Assembly: GCA_030038175.1 (NCBI GenBank)
Contig: JASHPN010000162.1
Location: 2,111 to 66,110, forward strand
Length of the DNA stretch: 64,000 nucleotides
DNA from: Verrucomicrobiia bacterium
GTDB taxonomy: Bacteria > Verrucomicrobiota > Verrucomicrobiia > Limisphaerales > UBA11358
Direction: 5' to 3'
The position numbers were made by a program, and so were the translations under genes. The notes under the pieces were generated by a model. It searched no databases. It worked only from the letters and a program-made list of their open reading frames with translations, and had not been told where the DNA came from. Every line of letters begins with the position of its first letter. Position 1 is the stretch's first letter. Below, piece by piece: positions 37,701-46,238 of this stretch.

Positions 37701-39044
37701 ATCCGTTGTGACCAGCACGTTATCTCCGGCAACTATCAGCAAGTCGAAGGTAATACGAACAACCTGACCTATACCGGGGCGGGCTCCTTCTTTTTCTATC
37801 CGCAATCCGATGGCGATACTCATTTCGGCAATATTGACGTCGCCTCGACCATTCCCGGACGGCTGGCGTTCCAGGGTGGGCCGCTGGCACTGGGCCCAAA
37901 CACCAATTATCTCATGGTGGAACCCAACGCCGAAGTAACTTTCTACGCCGTTTCAAACCAGTTTGACACGGTTCATTATGGCATAGATAAAATCATGTGG
38001 CTTAAGGGCGGCGGCGCGTCGGTTGATTCAGCCGGATCAAGTAACAATTACATCGGCGCCATATTCCTCACGGGAACAAATCTGATTGGAACGCGTGCAG
38101 ATTTCCACGCGTGGAACAGCATCATGGACACCAACGGACCGGGCGGCTTCGTCCTGGGCAATGACTCGGTGGGTGTCAGCGGCGGTGACCTGTGGCTGGA
38201 CGGCGCCAACACTTACAGCGGAGCAACCATCATCAGCAACCGGACGCTTCACGTTGGCAGTGGTTCGTCTCTGGGCCTCTCCCGGTTTGTGGAAGTAAAT
38301 ACCAACTGCACCCTCGATCTCTCGGCGATGCCGGTGTTTAACTTTGGAACGGTCGCCACCAATCAGATGTTGGTCGGCGGCGGCGCCATCGAAAGCCCGG
38401 CGGGCGGCATCAACATCAACGCCGGCGGCACGCTCGCGCCTGGATTGCCCGGACCCAACAATGGCCTGAACACGAACACATTGACGCTCACCATTGATAA
38501 CAGCCTCGTCTTTAACGCCGGCAGCATCTATTACGTGGGTGTCAATAAGACCACTCCGGCTCCAGCCACCCAACCCAGCGACCACGTGACCGGCCTGACG
38601 TCCGTGACGATGGGCGGCACACTGGTGGTGACCAATTACGGGACGAATTTTGTCGCCGGCGACGCCATCCCGCTCTTTAGCGCGACGACGTATGTGACCA
38701 ACGGATTCACGACCAACAATATCGTGCCAACGGCCCCGGGCCCAAATTTGGTATGGAACACCAGCACCCTGGGCGCAGACGGCACCTTGCGCGTCGCCAG
38801 CGTCATCACGGTGAACACGAATTCGACCAATATTGTGTTTTCGATTACCAGCGGGCAGTTGTCAATGAGCTGGCCCGCCGATCACATCGGATGGGAATTG
38901 CAGGTTCAGACCAACCTTCTCTCGGTGGGTATTAGCACCAATTGGGTGCCTGTAGCCGGTTCGACAAACGAGGACTCGGTTGTCATTCCCATCAACCTGA
39001 CCAACGGCAGTGTGTTTTATCGGCTGGTCTATCCGCCGCAGTAG
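31749..39044 (+). CDS. Giant secreted protein (2431 aa) with autotransporter-associated beta-strand repeats and a C-terminal 'FYRL' module
   Basis: Signal peptide AVALTIAVFSGVLLGGLSVQAQ. Many G/T/N-rich beta-helix-type repeats, including GPGTVALGAVNTYTGGTTISQGNLQIN, GTGPLYLGGTNTYTGSTIIGANAHL and LWLDGANTYSGATIISNRTLHVG. Ends ...GSVFYRLVYPPQ. Confidence 0.85.
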   Translation: MKTTHSSHTVCRVSAAVALTIAVFSGVLLGGLSVQAQTTNYYWNITSAGEYTNDADWAGGVAPMGLANIAPSGSTNYTAWVTNSGTILYGDGGNGSSTGYTWTNMLGELEVGSNGTVNMNSGSLTLTNEAGTALNLGFGGAGTFIMSGGSLTVARNNGGSDYQDGFLFATSAAPLSSGTFSLSGGIATALCGVEIGSGGLGTLDVSGGVLIDNGWFGLGHGGTSTKPFTGSGAFNQSGGTVYILRNSGTEGATDGIEMNQNGTNAVLNISGGTLYTVRIGLGPNTAGQTNCPSAINISGGNIYIGASGIVSNTVTTNDPESANISGGTFHTADMLIISTAANVGSTNTVLSDGTNWTWAANPSVNLTNSSLLVNGSAGPGYVTFAPEVGRTITLNNTWSGVGGFQVNGLGTVVAGTGLQGVGGGITVTNGTLVMSGTIANSSSIVVGTNGTLQPGPNTTTVGVLTANNVTFQGAGSTMNMMINATTNSVLNANNLTIDPNNSVLVVNPLAIPTAGTTYVIAQYGTLTGTFALITNSLDISFSVSYANNEITLTVLSVGSYYNWIAPSPADWSTAGDWDLGLVPNSFNDVVLFTNGVECDYATPDTNWVGQISIGPWDSSSGSLVINSGSLLVSNLFNFYDVTIGGRAGGGSGGNGETPLSPNEGGSATASLTMNGGTLTASRFGSGFYHQDAFWVGLGSNTTGTVTINGGTLNTLCGVEIGGYGYGIFNINGGAVVDNGWFGVGRGNGVASGTGAFNITAGTLYQLENGGGGTVGGSGGICLDQGCTNSMVNISGGSVYSGDIAFSGSNLNPTPVDALNICGGTIYIGYAGIYSNSSTTVSSCNISGGTFHTVDMLQSGGKGGANGAITNILADGTNWIWSFPAVNLTNSSFTVNSQTGPGNVTFAPEANRTITLNNPFFGVGGLVLNGPGTVALGAVNTYTGGTTISQGNLQINDGGSVIDPSLAFPLGSSLIFDNSGVLSLTNIITGAGNVLVNGSGTVNVGSNLQNAGAIVQTNGTLVVNGTILNASGITNSAPASDALAAQGTIIAPIGIGPTSSFEAGNTVFPGTLNASNVTVNGTFIAKINTATTMGGGINDLLICSNLTLGTGSILLIAPITPPSVGSYVIAEYSGSLTGTFGTVSNATRDVMSVSYSGGQITLNVTSVGTANLSWAGKIGSANINWDTSTTNWTNSATLALDKFQQQDTVTFNAVAPTTITNRVSVTGQVIPQSVTISGGLGYLLSGTGKISGSTGITYNDTNVSGIYTSGNNFTGPVNIEAGVLQLGSGGSSWLGTTNGPTIVNGGTLDLNGQSVGAEPLEIQGAGSTTTGTNTGAINNSSSTSPSLSGGPLNITLEGNTTLNANGNRWDIGVDSLGAGGGSFTGNGFNLTKIGNQQIWMHEVGNIGVGNIDIQQGLLGFQYTIAMGVASDTVTVESNATLGFYQLSSNSILNKEMVLNGSATLQSGGGTGSSNNFIGPVTLNGTNSIQTSLYPLYLGGTISGTGGFVLTGTGPLYLGGTNTYTGSTIIGANAHLTLATGGSISNTPLIYLTAGSNTVLDAGANNLTLNSGQTLEGSGSVNSPNFIAPSGSTLSLGTNVTYGTILFSNNLTLSGGTNILKISDNNNIGVDNDLIVVNGTLDLTGVSTLSLIPFGALNSAGPYTLIQAYGGVSGSAGNLRVLSPNPRFTLTPVIGSTYLGGQAVQINAVGSPANLLWQGFLTANWDIGTSNWLNLGSGLHDTFYDGDIPIFDDSATVNNVTVTNNVIASGIFMSNVVKTYTFSGGGTVAGALNVEGNGSGTGGTTILGMSNAPAYSAIDSSAGTLIFNLNGMTNYIVAAKITDNLGGGHGTVVFGGTNTAVLQGNNANVPFGGSPGFDGTLEVTNGILQYTNVFCLGIDSSSSGFPTYPPSYSPLIITNSGTLDFNGVAAGPSDGASPGGEKWIHISGTGFNGRGALIDSLSAAEPNGAWTLLYLDGSATIGSVTNIRCDQHVISGNYQQVEGNTNNLTYTGAGSFFFYPQSDGDTHFGNIDVASTIPGRLAFQGGPLALGPNTNYLMVEPNAEVTFYAVSNQFDTVHYGIDKIMWLKGGGASVDSAGSSNNYIGAIFLTGTNLIGTRADFHAWNSIMDTNGPGGFVLGNDSVGVSGGDLWLDGANTYSGATIISNRTLHVGSGSSLGLSRFVEVNTNCTLDLSAMPVFNFGTVATNQMLVGGGAIESPAGGININAGGTLAPGLPGPNNGLNTNTLTLTIDNSLVFNAGSIYYVGVNKTTPAPATQPSDHVTGLTSVTMGGTLVVTNYGTNFVAGDAIPLFSATTYVTNGFTTNNIVPTAPGPNLVWNTSTLGADGTLRVASVITVNTNSTNIVFSITSGQLSMSWPADHIGWELQVQTNLLSVGISTNWVPVAGSTNEDSVVIPINLTNGSVFYRLVYPPQ

Positions 39045-39067
39045 GACGTTGACAAACTCGAATATAG

Positions 39068-40057
39068 ATGAATTTTAAAGAGAATACGAAAACAACGGTT
39101 TCAGATTTGAAGTCTGAAAGAAATGAAAGGCGTCAATGGAAGGCGCGAGGCGATGGGTTTACCCTCATTGAGTTACTCGTGGTCATCGCCATCATCGCGA
39201 TCCTGGCAGCGGTGCTGCTGCCGGTCCTGAACCAGGCCAAATTGAGAGCGCAACAGTCCACGTGCATCAACAATCTTCACGAACTGGGGCTGTCCATTCC
39301 GATGTATTCATCCGACAACAGCGATGAAATGATTTATCCCAATTGGGGAACCGTCAATCATTGGACTGGCTGGCTGTTTACGTCGGTGGGAGGAAGTTTG
39401 TCAACCATAAATCAATATGTGACCATTACCGGAACGCCGGGAGCTCCGGTGCTTGATCCTGTCTCCAATTTAGGAAGTCCCTACGTCCAAAAGAATATCT
39501 ATCAAAAAGGGGGATTATACGACTATATCAAAGGACAAGCGGGCATTTTTTGGTGCCCGGCACAAAATGCCAATAATCCGAGCAGCCCATGGTATAAAAA
39601 CGTGTTTCAAAATAATGGCGCCGGCCAGCCCAGCAGTTGCGACATTTATTCCACTTACATCATGAATGGCGCGGTCTGTGATTTCCCCGACCCCAGCACT
39701 CAGAACCCGACCCAATTGCGACAGTACAAATTGAGCAATATCCATTTCAAGGGCCAGTATGTTCTTTTATGGGAGCCGACCGACACTGCCGCCGCCTATA
39801 ATGATGGCTCGAGCCGGCCGGCTGAAAGCGATGGCGGCGAACCGGGTTTGCGGCATCCGAGCGGCTGCGTCGTTCTAAGGTTCGACGGGGGCACGGAGAT
39901 GCAGACTTTGCTTTACATGACCTCACAAATGCAGGGTTTTGCAAATTCTCCGTCTGGTATTACCGCGTCAACGCCGTTTGAAAATGAATTTTTTTACGCG
40001 CCCGGCTTTATAGACGGCGGCTTCGCCGACGCCAACGGCGCGCCGGCGACCCGCTAA
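39068..40057 (+). CDS. Prepilin-type N-terminal cleavage/methylation protein of the H-X9-DG class
   Basis: [25 protein letters not shown] (G|F cleavage/methylation motif). [12 protein letters not shown] near the C-terminus fits H-X9-DG exactly. Confidence 0.85.
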   Translation: MNFKENTKTTVSDLKSERNERRQWKARGDGFTLIELLVVIAIIAILAAVLLPVLNQAKLRAQQSTCINNLHELGLSIPMYSSDNSDEMIYPNWGTVNHWTGWLFTSVGGSLSTINQYVTITGTPGAPVLDPVSNLGSPYVQKNIYQKGGLYDYIKGQAGIFWCPAQNANNPSSPWYKNVFQNNGAGQPSSCDIYSTYIMNGAVCDFPDPSTQNPTQLRQYKLSNIHFKGQYVLLWEPTDTAAAYNDGSSRPAESDGGEPGLRHPSGCVVLRFDGGTEMQTLLYMTSQMQGFANSPSGITASTPFENEFFYAPGFIDGGFADANGAPATR

Positions 40058-40091
40058 AGCCCTCAAAGGCCGCGAAGCCGAGACCTCTTTA

Positions 40092-40955
40092 TCATTGTGC
40101 CGCCAGAGTTTTGCTGAGCATTGCAAATTGGTCCAGGCTCAGTTTTTCCGCCCGTTCCGCGCGCGAGATTTGCAATTCTGCAAATGCCGTTTCCAATTTT
40201 TGTTCGGGCCAATCCTGTTTCAATAGCTTGAAAAGCATTTTGCGGCGCTGCGAAAAGGCGCGCTTCACGATCCTGACAAACGCCCCCCGCAACGATTCCG
40301 GCAGGAGCGGTTCGCCGCGCCGCTCCAGGACGATGCATCCGGAATCCACGTCCGGCTCGGGAAAAAAACAGCCGGCCGGTATTTTAAAAAATTCGCGCGG
40401 CTCGTAATCCAGTTGCGTCAGGAGGGTCAGGACGCCGTAATCGCCGCCGCCCGGTTTGGCGGCGATCCTGCGTACTACTTCCAACTGGAGCGTCCCCGCG
40501 ATGCGGTCCGGCGCCCGTTCGCCGCAAGCCAGTTCGGCGAGGATCGGCGATGCCACCGAATACGGAAAGTTTGAAACCACCTTCCATCCCTTCCAATCGC
40601 GCCGTTCGGATTTTAAATAATCCAACGCATCGGCACGAAGCAGCTCCAGGCACGGAGTTTGAAAGCGTTCGCTCAAAAAATCCGCCAGGCGCCCGTCTTT
40701 TTCAATCGCCAGCACATGTCGCGCGCTTTCCAGCAACAATTCCGTGAGCGGACCAAGCCCTGGCCCGATCTCCAGGACCTTGTCCCCCGGCGAAAGTCCT
40801 GCCGCCCGGACAATCCGCCGCAATTGGTTTTGGTCGTGCAAAAAGTTCTGGCCTAACGACTTTGTCAGCCGTATTCCCCGCGCCGCCAGCGCCTCCCGCA
40901 TTTCATGGAGTTTCATAAACGCATATTCCGGCCAATCGGCAGCCTCGCAAATCAA
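40092..40955 (-). CDS. rsmA: 16S rRNA (adenine1518/1519-N6)-dimethyltransferase
   Basis: KSLGQNFLHDQN, VLEIGPGLGPLTELL, VVSNFPYSVASPIL. An alternative ATG at 40916 (MKLHEM...) is possible. Confidence 0.9.
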   Translation of the reverse strand: MICEAADWPEYAFMKLHEMREALAARGIRLTKSLGQNFLHDQNQLRRIVRAAGLSPGDKVLEIGPGLGPLTELLLESARHVLAIEKDGRLADFLSERFQTPCLELLRADALDYLKSERRDWKGWKVVSNFPYSVASPILAELACGERAPDRIAGTLQLEVVRRIAAKPGGGDYGVLTLLTQLDYEPREFFKIPAGCFFPEPDVDSGCIVLERRGEPLLPESLRGAFVRIVKRAFSQRRKMLFKLLKQDWPEQKLETAFAELQISRAERAEKLSLDQFAMLSKTLAAQ

Positions 40956-41232
40956 TGTCGATAAGCATACAAACGCCTGGGGACCTCATTCAAGTTTCCA
41001 GGAGAGGGGGTGATACCGCCTATCCCAACTCAATGCCCGCGCGGTAATCCCAAACAATATGGAGAACCGGAATCCGAGATGGCGCCATAGCCTCAGCCAC
41101 AACGAGTTGCAGTTGTTCCGATTTAGATTAGAGCTTGCTTCCGAATTGAGTCGCGGCAAAATTGCGATTGTGTCAACGGGTATTTCCGAAGTTTATGACG
41201 CGGCCTCTCGAAGAGATTTCCGGAGACTGCGA

Positions 41233-42183
41233 ATGAAAGATGTTGTTCCAGTCGTTCTTGTGTTTTGGATGGCCGCGGTTGTCGGAGTGGCGGGGGCGCC
41301 GCTGAAGTGCGCGGATGTTGGGGCGGAGCCGGCACGGTTGCTGCACATCGATTTTGATGCGATGCGAGAATCGTACGTCGGCGAATATTTCCTCTATCAA
41401 CTGGACAAGCCGGAGATGCATAGCAATATGGTCATGTTCCAGTCCATTTTTGGCTTCGATCTGCGCAGACAGCTCCATGGCATAACGATTTACACCGCGA
41501 GTTCCACACCCAATGACAACGTGGTGATCACCTATGCGGATTTTGACCCGGCGCACCTGGTGAAGTTGATGAGAGGCGGCGCGAAGGCACTGACCATCAC
41601 GAACAATCACCACGTCATATACAGTTGGATTGACAAAAATGAGAATTCAGGCCATCCGAACGGCGTCAGGAATTACGCGGCAATTCTGGATGGCCGCGTC
41701 ATCGCGGGCAGTGGGCGGCAAAGCCTCATTGACGCGCTGGCGGTGGTGGACGGGAGCGCGCCCAGTTTTTCTCCCCGGAAAGCGGCGGAGGAATTTTACA
41801 CCCCGGGCGCCACGAACTTTGTTTTGGCGAGCGCGCGGAATCTGGAATTTCTGGGATCGGACTCGGCGGCGGCGCTGCTGAAATTGTCCAGGCAAGTGCA
41901 ACTCAAAGTCAGCGAATCGGAGGACGTGCTGAAAGCCACATTGACCGTGGATGCCGGGGATCGGCAGATGGCGCGGCAGATGTCGCTGGTGGCTCAAGGT
42001 TTGATCGCGGGATTGGGTCTGCAAAAGGAAAATCCCTGGGCGGCAAAGCTGGCCGGCGGAATGACGGTGCAGTTGGACGCGACCAGATTTCGGGTGGACG
42101 TCTCAGTTTCCGCGGAGGAGGCACTAGCGGCGCTAAAAGCGTACAACCAGAAGACGGTTCCACCAAAACGGGGCGGGCAGTAG
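41233..42183 (+). CDS. Hypothetical secreted protein
   Basis: The ATG at 41233 gives MKDVVPVVLVFWMAAVVGVAGAP (signal peptide). I recognise no family motif. Confidence 0.5.
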   Translation: MKDVVPVVLVFWMAAVVGVAGAPLKCADVGAEPARLLHIDFDAMRESYVGEYFLYQLDKPEMHSNMVMFQSIFGFDLRRQLHGITIYTASSTPNDNVVITYADFDPAHLVKLMRGGAKALTITNNHHVIYSWIDKNENSGHPNGVRNYAAILDGRVIAGSGRQSLIDALAVVDGSAPSFSPRKAAEEFYTPGATNFVLASARNLEFLGSDSAAALLKLSRQVQLKVSESEDVLKATLTVDAGDRQMARQMSLVAQGLIAGLGLQKENPWAAKLAGGMTVQLDATRFRVDVSVSAEEALAALKAYNQKTVPPKRGGQ

Positions 42184-42229
42184 CGGTGCGCGGCATGGAC
42201 GTTTCGTTCATGAAAGGAAACAAATATCC

Positions 42230-43543
42230 TCATAAACAGCGTAGAACTTCAGTTAACTCCCTTACCGTCGCCTCCAAATGACTCTTCCCAATGGTCAACG
42301 GCGGTGTGAAACTGATGACATTGCCATACTCGCCTTCCGGCAGCAAAATGTACCCCCGGCGCAACATCTCCTTAATGATCTGAAACGCCGCGGCGCCGGC
42401 TGGTTTGCCATCAGCCAGTTTCAGTTCCAGGCCAGCGATTAAACCCAAACCGCGCGCGGAAAGGTGCGGTGTGGATTTTGGATTCTGAATTTGTTTCAGG
42501 TCGGCCAAAAGAAATCCTCCCAGCCGCGCACTCCGCTCGCACAGGCCAAGGCGCTGGATTTCCTTGATCTGGGCGAGCGCCATCGCGCAGCCGACGGGAT
42601 GACCGAGAAAGGTGCTGGTATGGACCGCTTCGCCCTGTGAGGCCGGCCATGCGGCGTCCATCAGTTCCGCCCGGCCAACACAGGCGGAGAGCGGAAAGCC
42701 CCCGGTCAGCGCCTTGCCCAGGCAGATCAAATCCGGAACTGTGCCGCTATGCTCGCACGCAAACCATTTTCCCGTGCGCCCGAAACCTGTATAGATTTCG
42801 TCAACGATCAGAAAAGCGTTAAATTGGTCGCACATTTTCCGCAACCGCGGCAAAAATTCCGGTGGCGGAACAACCACGCCGCCACGCGCCTGAATGGGTT
42901 CAACAAGGATCGCGCCGGTTTTATTTTGCCGAAGAATTTTTTCTATTTTAGCCGCAAGGTTGGGAAAGCTGGCACCCTGTTTGTCTCTCGGAAATGGAAC
43001 AAATTCGCCAAATTCGCGCAATTGTGGATGGAATGGCCGCCGAAAAAAATCGCGGTGCGTAACGTTGAGCGTGCCATAACCCAGACCGTGGTACGCTCCA
43101 GTAAAGGCGATGATTCCGCGCCTGCCGGTGCCCAAAATGGCGGTTTTCAGCGCGGCTTCGACGGCTTCAAATCCCGAATTGCAAAAAATGGTTTTGGCGC
43201 TTGTTGTTCCGTGCTTGGAGCGGTTGGTCCATCGTTCAAAGGTGAGGCGGCTCAATTCGCGCGCCAGCTTTGCCTTGAGTGCGTGGGGGTGCACGTCGCC
43301 CATGGCATGCAGGAGCCGCGCCATTTGTCTTTGCCCGGCGTTGACCACGTTAGGATTCGCATGGCCCGCGGCGGCCACGCCGAACGCGCCGGTTAAATCC
43401 AGATATTTTTTTTCCCGGGCATCCCAAACATAGACACCCTTTGCGCGCTCCCAAACAATCGGCCACGAGCCGTCCGGTTCGGTAAAAAGCACATTCCGCG
43501 ATTCATATTCGCGGAGCCATTTTATGGTTTTAGTGGTAGTCAC
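42230..43543 (-). CDS. Class-III PLP-dependent aminotransferase (acetylornithine/GABA aminotransferase family)
   Basis: FCNSGFEAVEAALK, LIVDEIYTGFGRTGKWFACEH, PDLICLGKALTGGFPLSA (PLP lysine). The specific substrate cannot be assigned from sequence alone. Confidence 0.8.
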   Translation of the reverse strand: MTTTKTIKWLREYESRNVLFTEPDGSWPIVWERAKGVYVWDAREKKYLDLTGAFGVAAAGHANPNVVNAGQRQMARLLHAMGDVHPHALKAKLARELSRLTFERWTNRSKHGTTSAKTIFCNSGFEAVEAALKTAILGTGRRGIIAFTGAYHGLGYGTLNVTHRDFFRRPFHPQLREFGEFVPFPRDKQGASFPNLAAKIEKILRQNKTGAILVEPIQARGGVVVPPPEFLPRLRKMCDQFNAFLIVDEIYTGFGRTGKWFACEHSGTVPDLICLGKALTGGFPLSACVGRAELMDAAWPASQGEAVHTSTFLGHPVGCAMALAQIKEIQRLGLCERSARLGGFLLADLKQIQNPKSTPHLSARGLGLIAGLELKLADGKPAGAAAFQIIKEMLRRGYILLPEGEYGNVISFTPPLTIGKSHLEATVRELTEVLRCL

Positions 43544-43625
43544 GGGCTGTTAACGCAAAGCCACAAGAATCGCAAAGAGAATTCAGTTTGTTAATTTTCG
43601 TGCCTTTGTTTCTTTGCGTTAAATC

Positions 43626-44348
43626 TTAAACGCCTCGTTGTTCCGGCGGCCAGATGATTTTGTGCAATTGCGCCTGAAAACGCACCGGCAACGCATCGGC
43701 GATGATTTTTTCCGCCAATTCCCGCCGTGAAATCAGCGTTTGGCTCTCCGGTGCCTTTTTAAGCGATGGATTTTGCTGTTCCGGTCTTAAGGGGTGAACC
43801 CACGAGAACAGCACCGGGCAAATGGCCGGCAGGCGCCAGGTCGAGATTTGTTCTTTCGCCCATTCGTAATCCTCGCGCGTTCCGATGACGAATTTGATTT
43901 CGTCCGACGCCTTCAAATGGGGGATGTTTTCGAAGCGGTTGCGTTTTGCTTCGCCGGACGACGGGCATTTCAGATCCATGATGCGATGAACGCGGGCATC
44001 CACCTTTGATATGTCATGGGCGCCGCTGGTTTCCAGCAGGACGGTAAAACCGTCGTCGCAGAGCAGTTTCATCAGGGGCAGGGAATTTTTTTGCAATAGC
44101 GGTTCACCGCCCGTCAGTTCAACCAGTGGCAACGGCGGTCCGTTGAAGGGGCCGGTCAGGAGTTTTACGCGGGACAAAATATCCGGCAGCGGCATTCTTT
44201 TGCCTTCCGTAAAGGCGTAGGCGGTGTCGCAGTAGGAGCAGCGCAAGTCGCACGCCGTTAGACGGATAAAGACGCACGGGAGCCCCGCATACGTGCTTTC
44301 ACCCTGCAAGCTTACATAAATTTCGTTGATAACCAGCGAATCAGACAC
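43626..44348 (-). CDS. queE: 7-carboxy-7-deazaguanine synthase (radical SAM)
   Basis: GTG start. INEIYVSLQGESTYAGLPCVFIRLTACDLRCSYCDT and LTGGEPLLQ. Confidence 0.85.
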   Translation of the reverse strand: MSDSLVINEIYVSLQGESTYAGLPCVFIRLTACDLRCSYCDTAYAFTEGKRMPLPDILSRVKLLTGPFNGPPLPLVELTGGEPLLQKNSLPLMKLLCDDGFTVLLETSGAHDISKVDARVHRIMDLKCPSSGEAKRNRFENIPHLKASDEIKFVIGTREDYEWAKEQISTWRLPAICPVLFSWVHPLRPEQQNPSLKKAPESQTLISRRELAEKIIADALPVRFQAQLHKIIWPPEQRGV

Positions 44349-44556
44349 GCCACCAATCTAGCTGGTTATGGGCGCATCGTGAATCAAAGAAATTTAAGAT
44401 TTCGGCCCGCGTATTGAAAATTCTGGAAAAAATGGTATCTTACTGAAAAAAGGAAGGCTAATGACAAATTTCCCGGGTCATTCAAAGAACCTGGATCGCT
44501 GCCAGGGGCGCGGTTGGAAGAGGGGGCGGTCGCGAATATTTTTCTTATTTTCCGGC

Positions 44557-46152
44557 ATGGTTTGCCGGCGGGCGGCGTTTGGGATCATCATTTTGGCCGT
44601 TATCGGATTCGATTGCGCTCGAGTGCGCGGACAGCAATTGGACGCGGCGGGAGTTACGCTATTGCGCGAAGTGACCAACCTGGACGGAGCCGGCATCCGG
44701 GTCGCGCAGCCGGAGGCGCTCATTGATACGAATAACGACTGGGAGGTGGGGCCGGCCAGTGTCTCCGAGCCGACGAATTTATTTACGTGGTTCACTAATG
44801 GCGCCTCCAGCGGAATGTTTCCCAATCCCCTGGGCGGCGAATCATGGCACGCTGATGACGTGGGCCAGGTCTTTTACGACCCTGTTACCGGAATGGCGAC
44901 CAACGTCGCGCACGTGGACAATTATGAGGCGGACGATTTTTACAACGACATCATCGCCGCTCGTTCCCCGCAAAACATCAATGATGCCATCGTCAACCAA
45001 AGTTACACTTTTGGCCAGGTAAGCGCCAGCGAACAGGAAGAAATTGATACGAATTATGACAATTACTCGATGCGCTACCAAACCTTATTCATTTCCGCGG
45101 CGAATAATGGCGGCGCGGTCAGCCCGCCTGGGACGTCCTATGATTGCATCAGCGTTGGCTGTTATCAGGGTGCTTCCAGTTACGGTCCGACCGTTGACAA
45201 TGGCCGTTGCAAGCCCGATATCACGGTCCTCCCGCCATCGTGGGGGACTGAGACCAGTTTTTCGACGCCCGTGGCGTCCGGTGCGGCAGCGCTCCTGATG
45301 CAGGCGGGATTGCGCGGTGACGGCGGCGCCAACAGCAGCGCCGCTTCGAACATGATCACTATTAAAGCGCTCCTGCTCAACGGCGCGGTCAAGCCCGCGA
45401 ACTGGCAAAACCATCCACCCGAGCCATTGGATACGAATTATGGCGCGGGCGTATTGAATGTCTTTAACTCTTATGAACAATTGCGAGGCGGCAAAAACGG
45501 GTACATCTCCTCGATTGCTGCTCTCATTGGTTCGGCGCACCCGCCCGTCGTGACCAGCGCGACCGAGCCGGTTTTGAACGGCTGGGATTTCAACACCAAC
45601 ACGAGCAGCGCCCTGGACGACAGCGTGAACCATTACCTTTTCAACGTCACCAATGGATCCAGCGCCGCGGCGTTCACGCTTACGGCCACCCTGGCGTGGA
45701 ACCGGCACGAGAGCACAACCGGCATCAATAATCTCTGGTTGTTCCTCTACAATGCCGCCAACAGCAATCTCGTCGCCTGCAGCACCAGCGTCGTTGACAA
45801 TGTCCAGCATCTCTTTGTCCCTCAACTTGCTCAAGGCCGTTACGACCTGCAGGTTTGGAAAACGGGAGGAGTCGTGGGAGAGCCGGGCATCGTTAGCGAC
45901 AGTGAAACCTACGCGCTGGCGTGGGAAATGTTCTCACAATTTCTAACTGTGACCAATGCTGGAACAAACGTCTTTTTGAGCTGGCCGATTTATCCCGAGG
46001 GCTTTGAGGTCGCCGGCACGGCGAATCTCCTCTCACCCGCCTGGAGCACAAACAATATTCCGCCGCCGACTTTCACCAACGGCATGAATGTGATTTATTT
46101 GAATCCAACCAATATCGTGCAATTTTTCAGGTTGCAGGAGCCGGATTTATAA
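44557..46152 (+). CDS. Secreted subtilase-like (S8) peptidase with a C-terminal 'FFRL' module
   Basis: Signal MVCRRAAFGIIILAVIGFDCARVRG (ATG 44557; the track start at 44461 is also possible). SWHADDVGQ (His region), FISAANNGG (oxyanion Asn), GTETSFSTPVASGAAALLMQ (Ser motif). Ends ...IVQFFRLQEPDL. Confidence 0.7.
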   Translation: MVCRRAAFGIIILAVIGFDCARVRGQQLDAAGVTLLREVTNLDGAGIRVAQPEALIDTNNDWEVGPASVSEPTNLFTWFTNGASSGMFPNPLGGESWHADDVGQVFYDPVTGMATNVAHVDNYEADDFYNDIIAARSPQNINDAIVNQSYTFGQVSASEQEEIDTNYDNYSMRYQTLFISAANNGGAVSPPGTSYDCISVGCYQGASSYGPTVDNGRCKPDITVLPPSWGTETSFSTPVASGAAALLMQAGLRGDGGANSSAASNMITIKALLLNGAVKPANWQNHPPEPLDTNYGAGVLNVFNSYEQLRGGKNGYISSIAALIGSAHPPVVTSATEPVLNGWDFNTNTSSALDDSVNHYLFNVTNGSSAAAFTLTATLAWNRHESTTGINNLWLFLYNAANSNLVACSTSVVDNVQHLFVPQLAQGRYDLQVWKTGGVVGEPGIVSDSETYALAWEMFSQFLTVTNAGTNVFLSWPIYPEGFEVAGTANLLSPAWSTNNIPPPTFTNGMNVIYLNPTNIVQFFRLQEPDL

Positions 46153-46238
46153 GGGCCTCAATCGTCCTCGGCGTCGTCCTCGTGCTTGTAATGGAAAATG
46201 GGTGAATCGAGGACGAGGACGAGCAGGGAAGACGGGGT

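Noticed and set aside
44349-44460. I looked for a preQ1 riboswitch upstream of queE.
   Set aside because: The leader does not show the compact preQ1-I/II consensus that I can recall, so no claim is made.
46162-46223. Imperfect hairpin (tcgtcctcg ... cgaggacga) between the convergent S8 and ispE genes, considered as a bidirectional terminator.
   Set aside because: The stem is only 9 bp, the loop is 25 nt and there is no U-tract. The arms also belong to a simple gaggac/gtcctc repeat.
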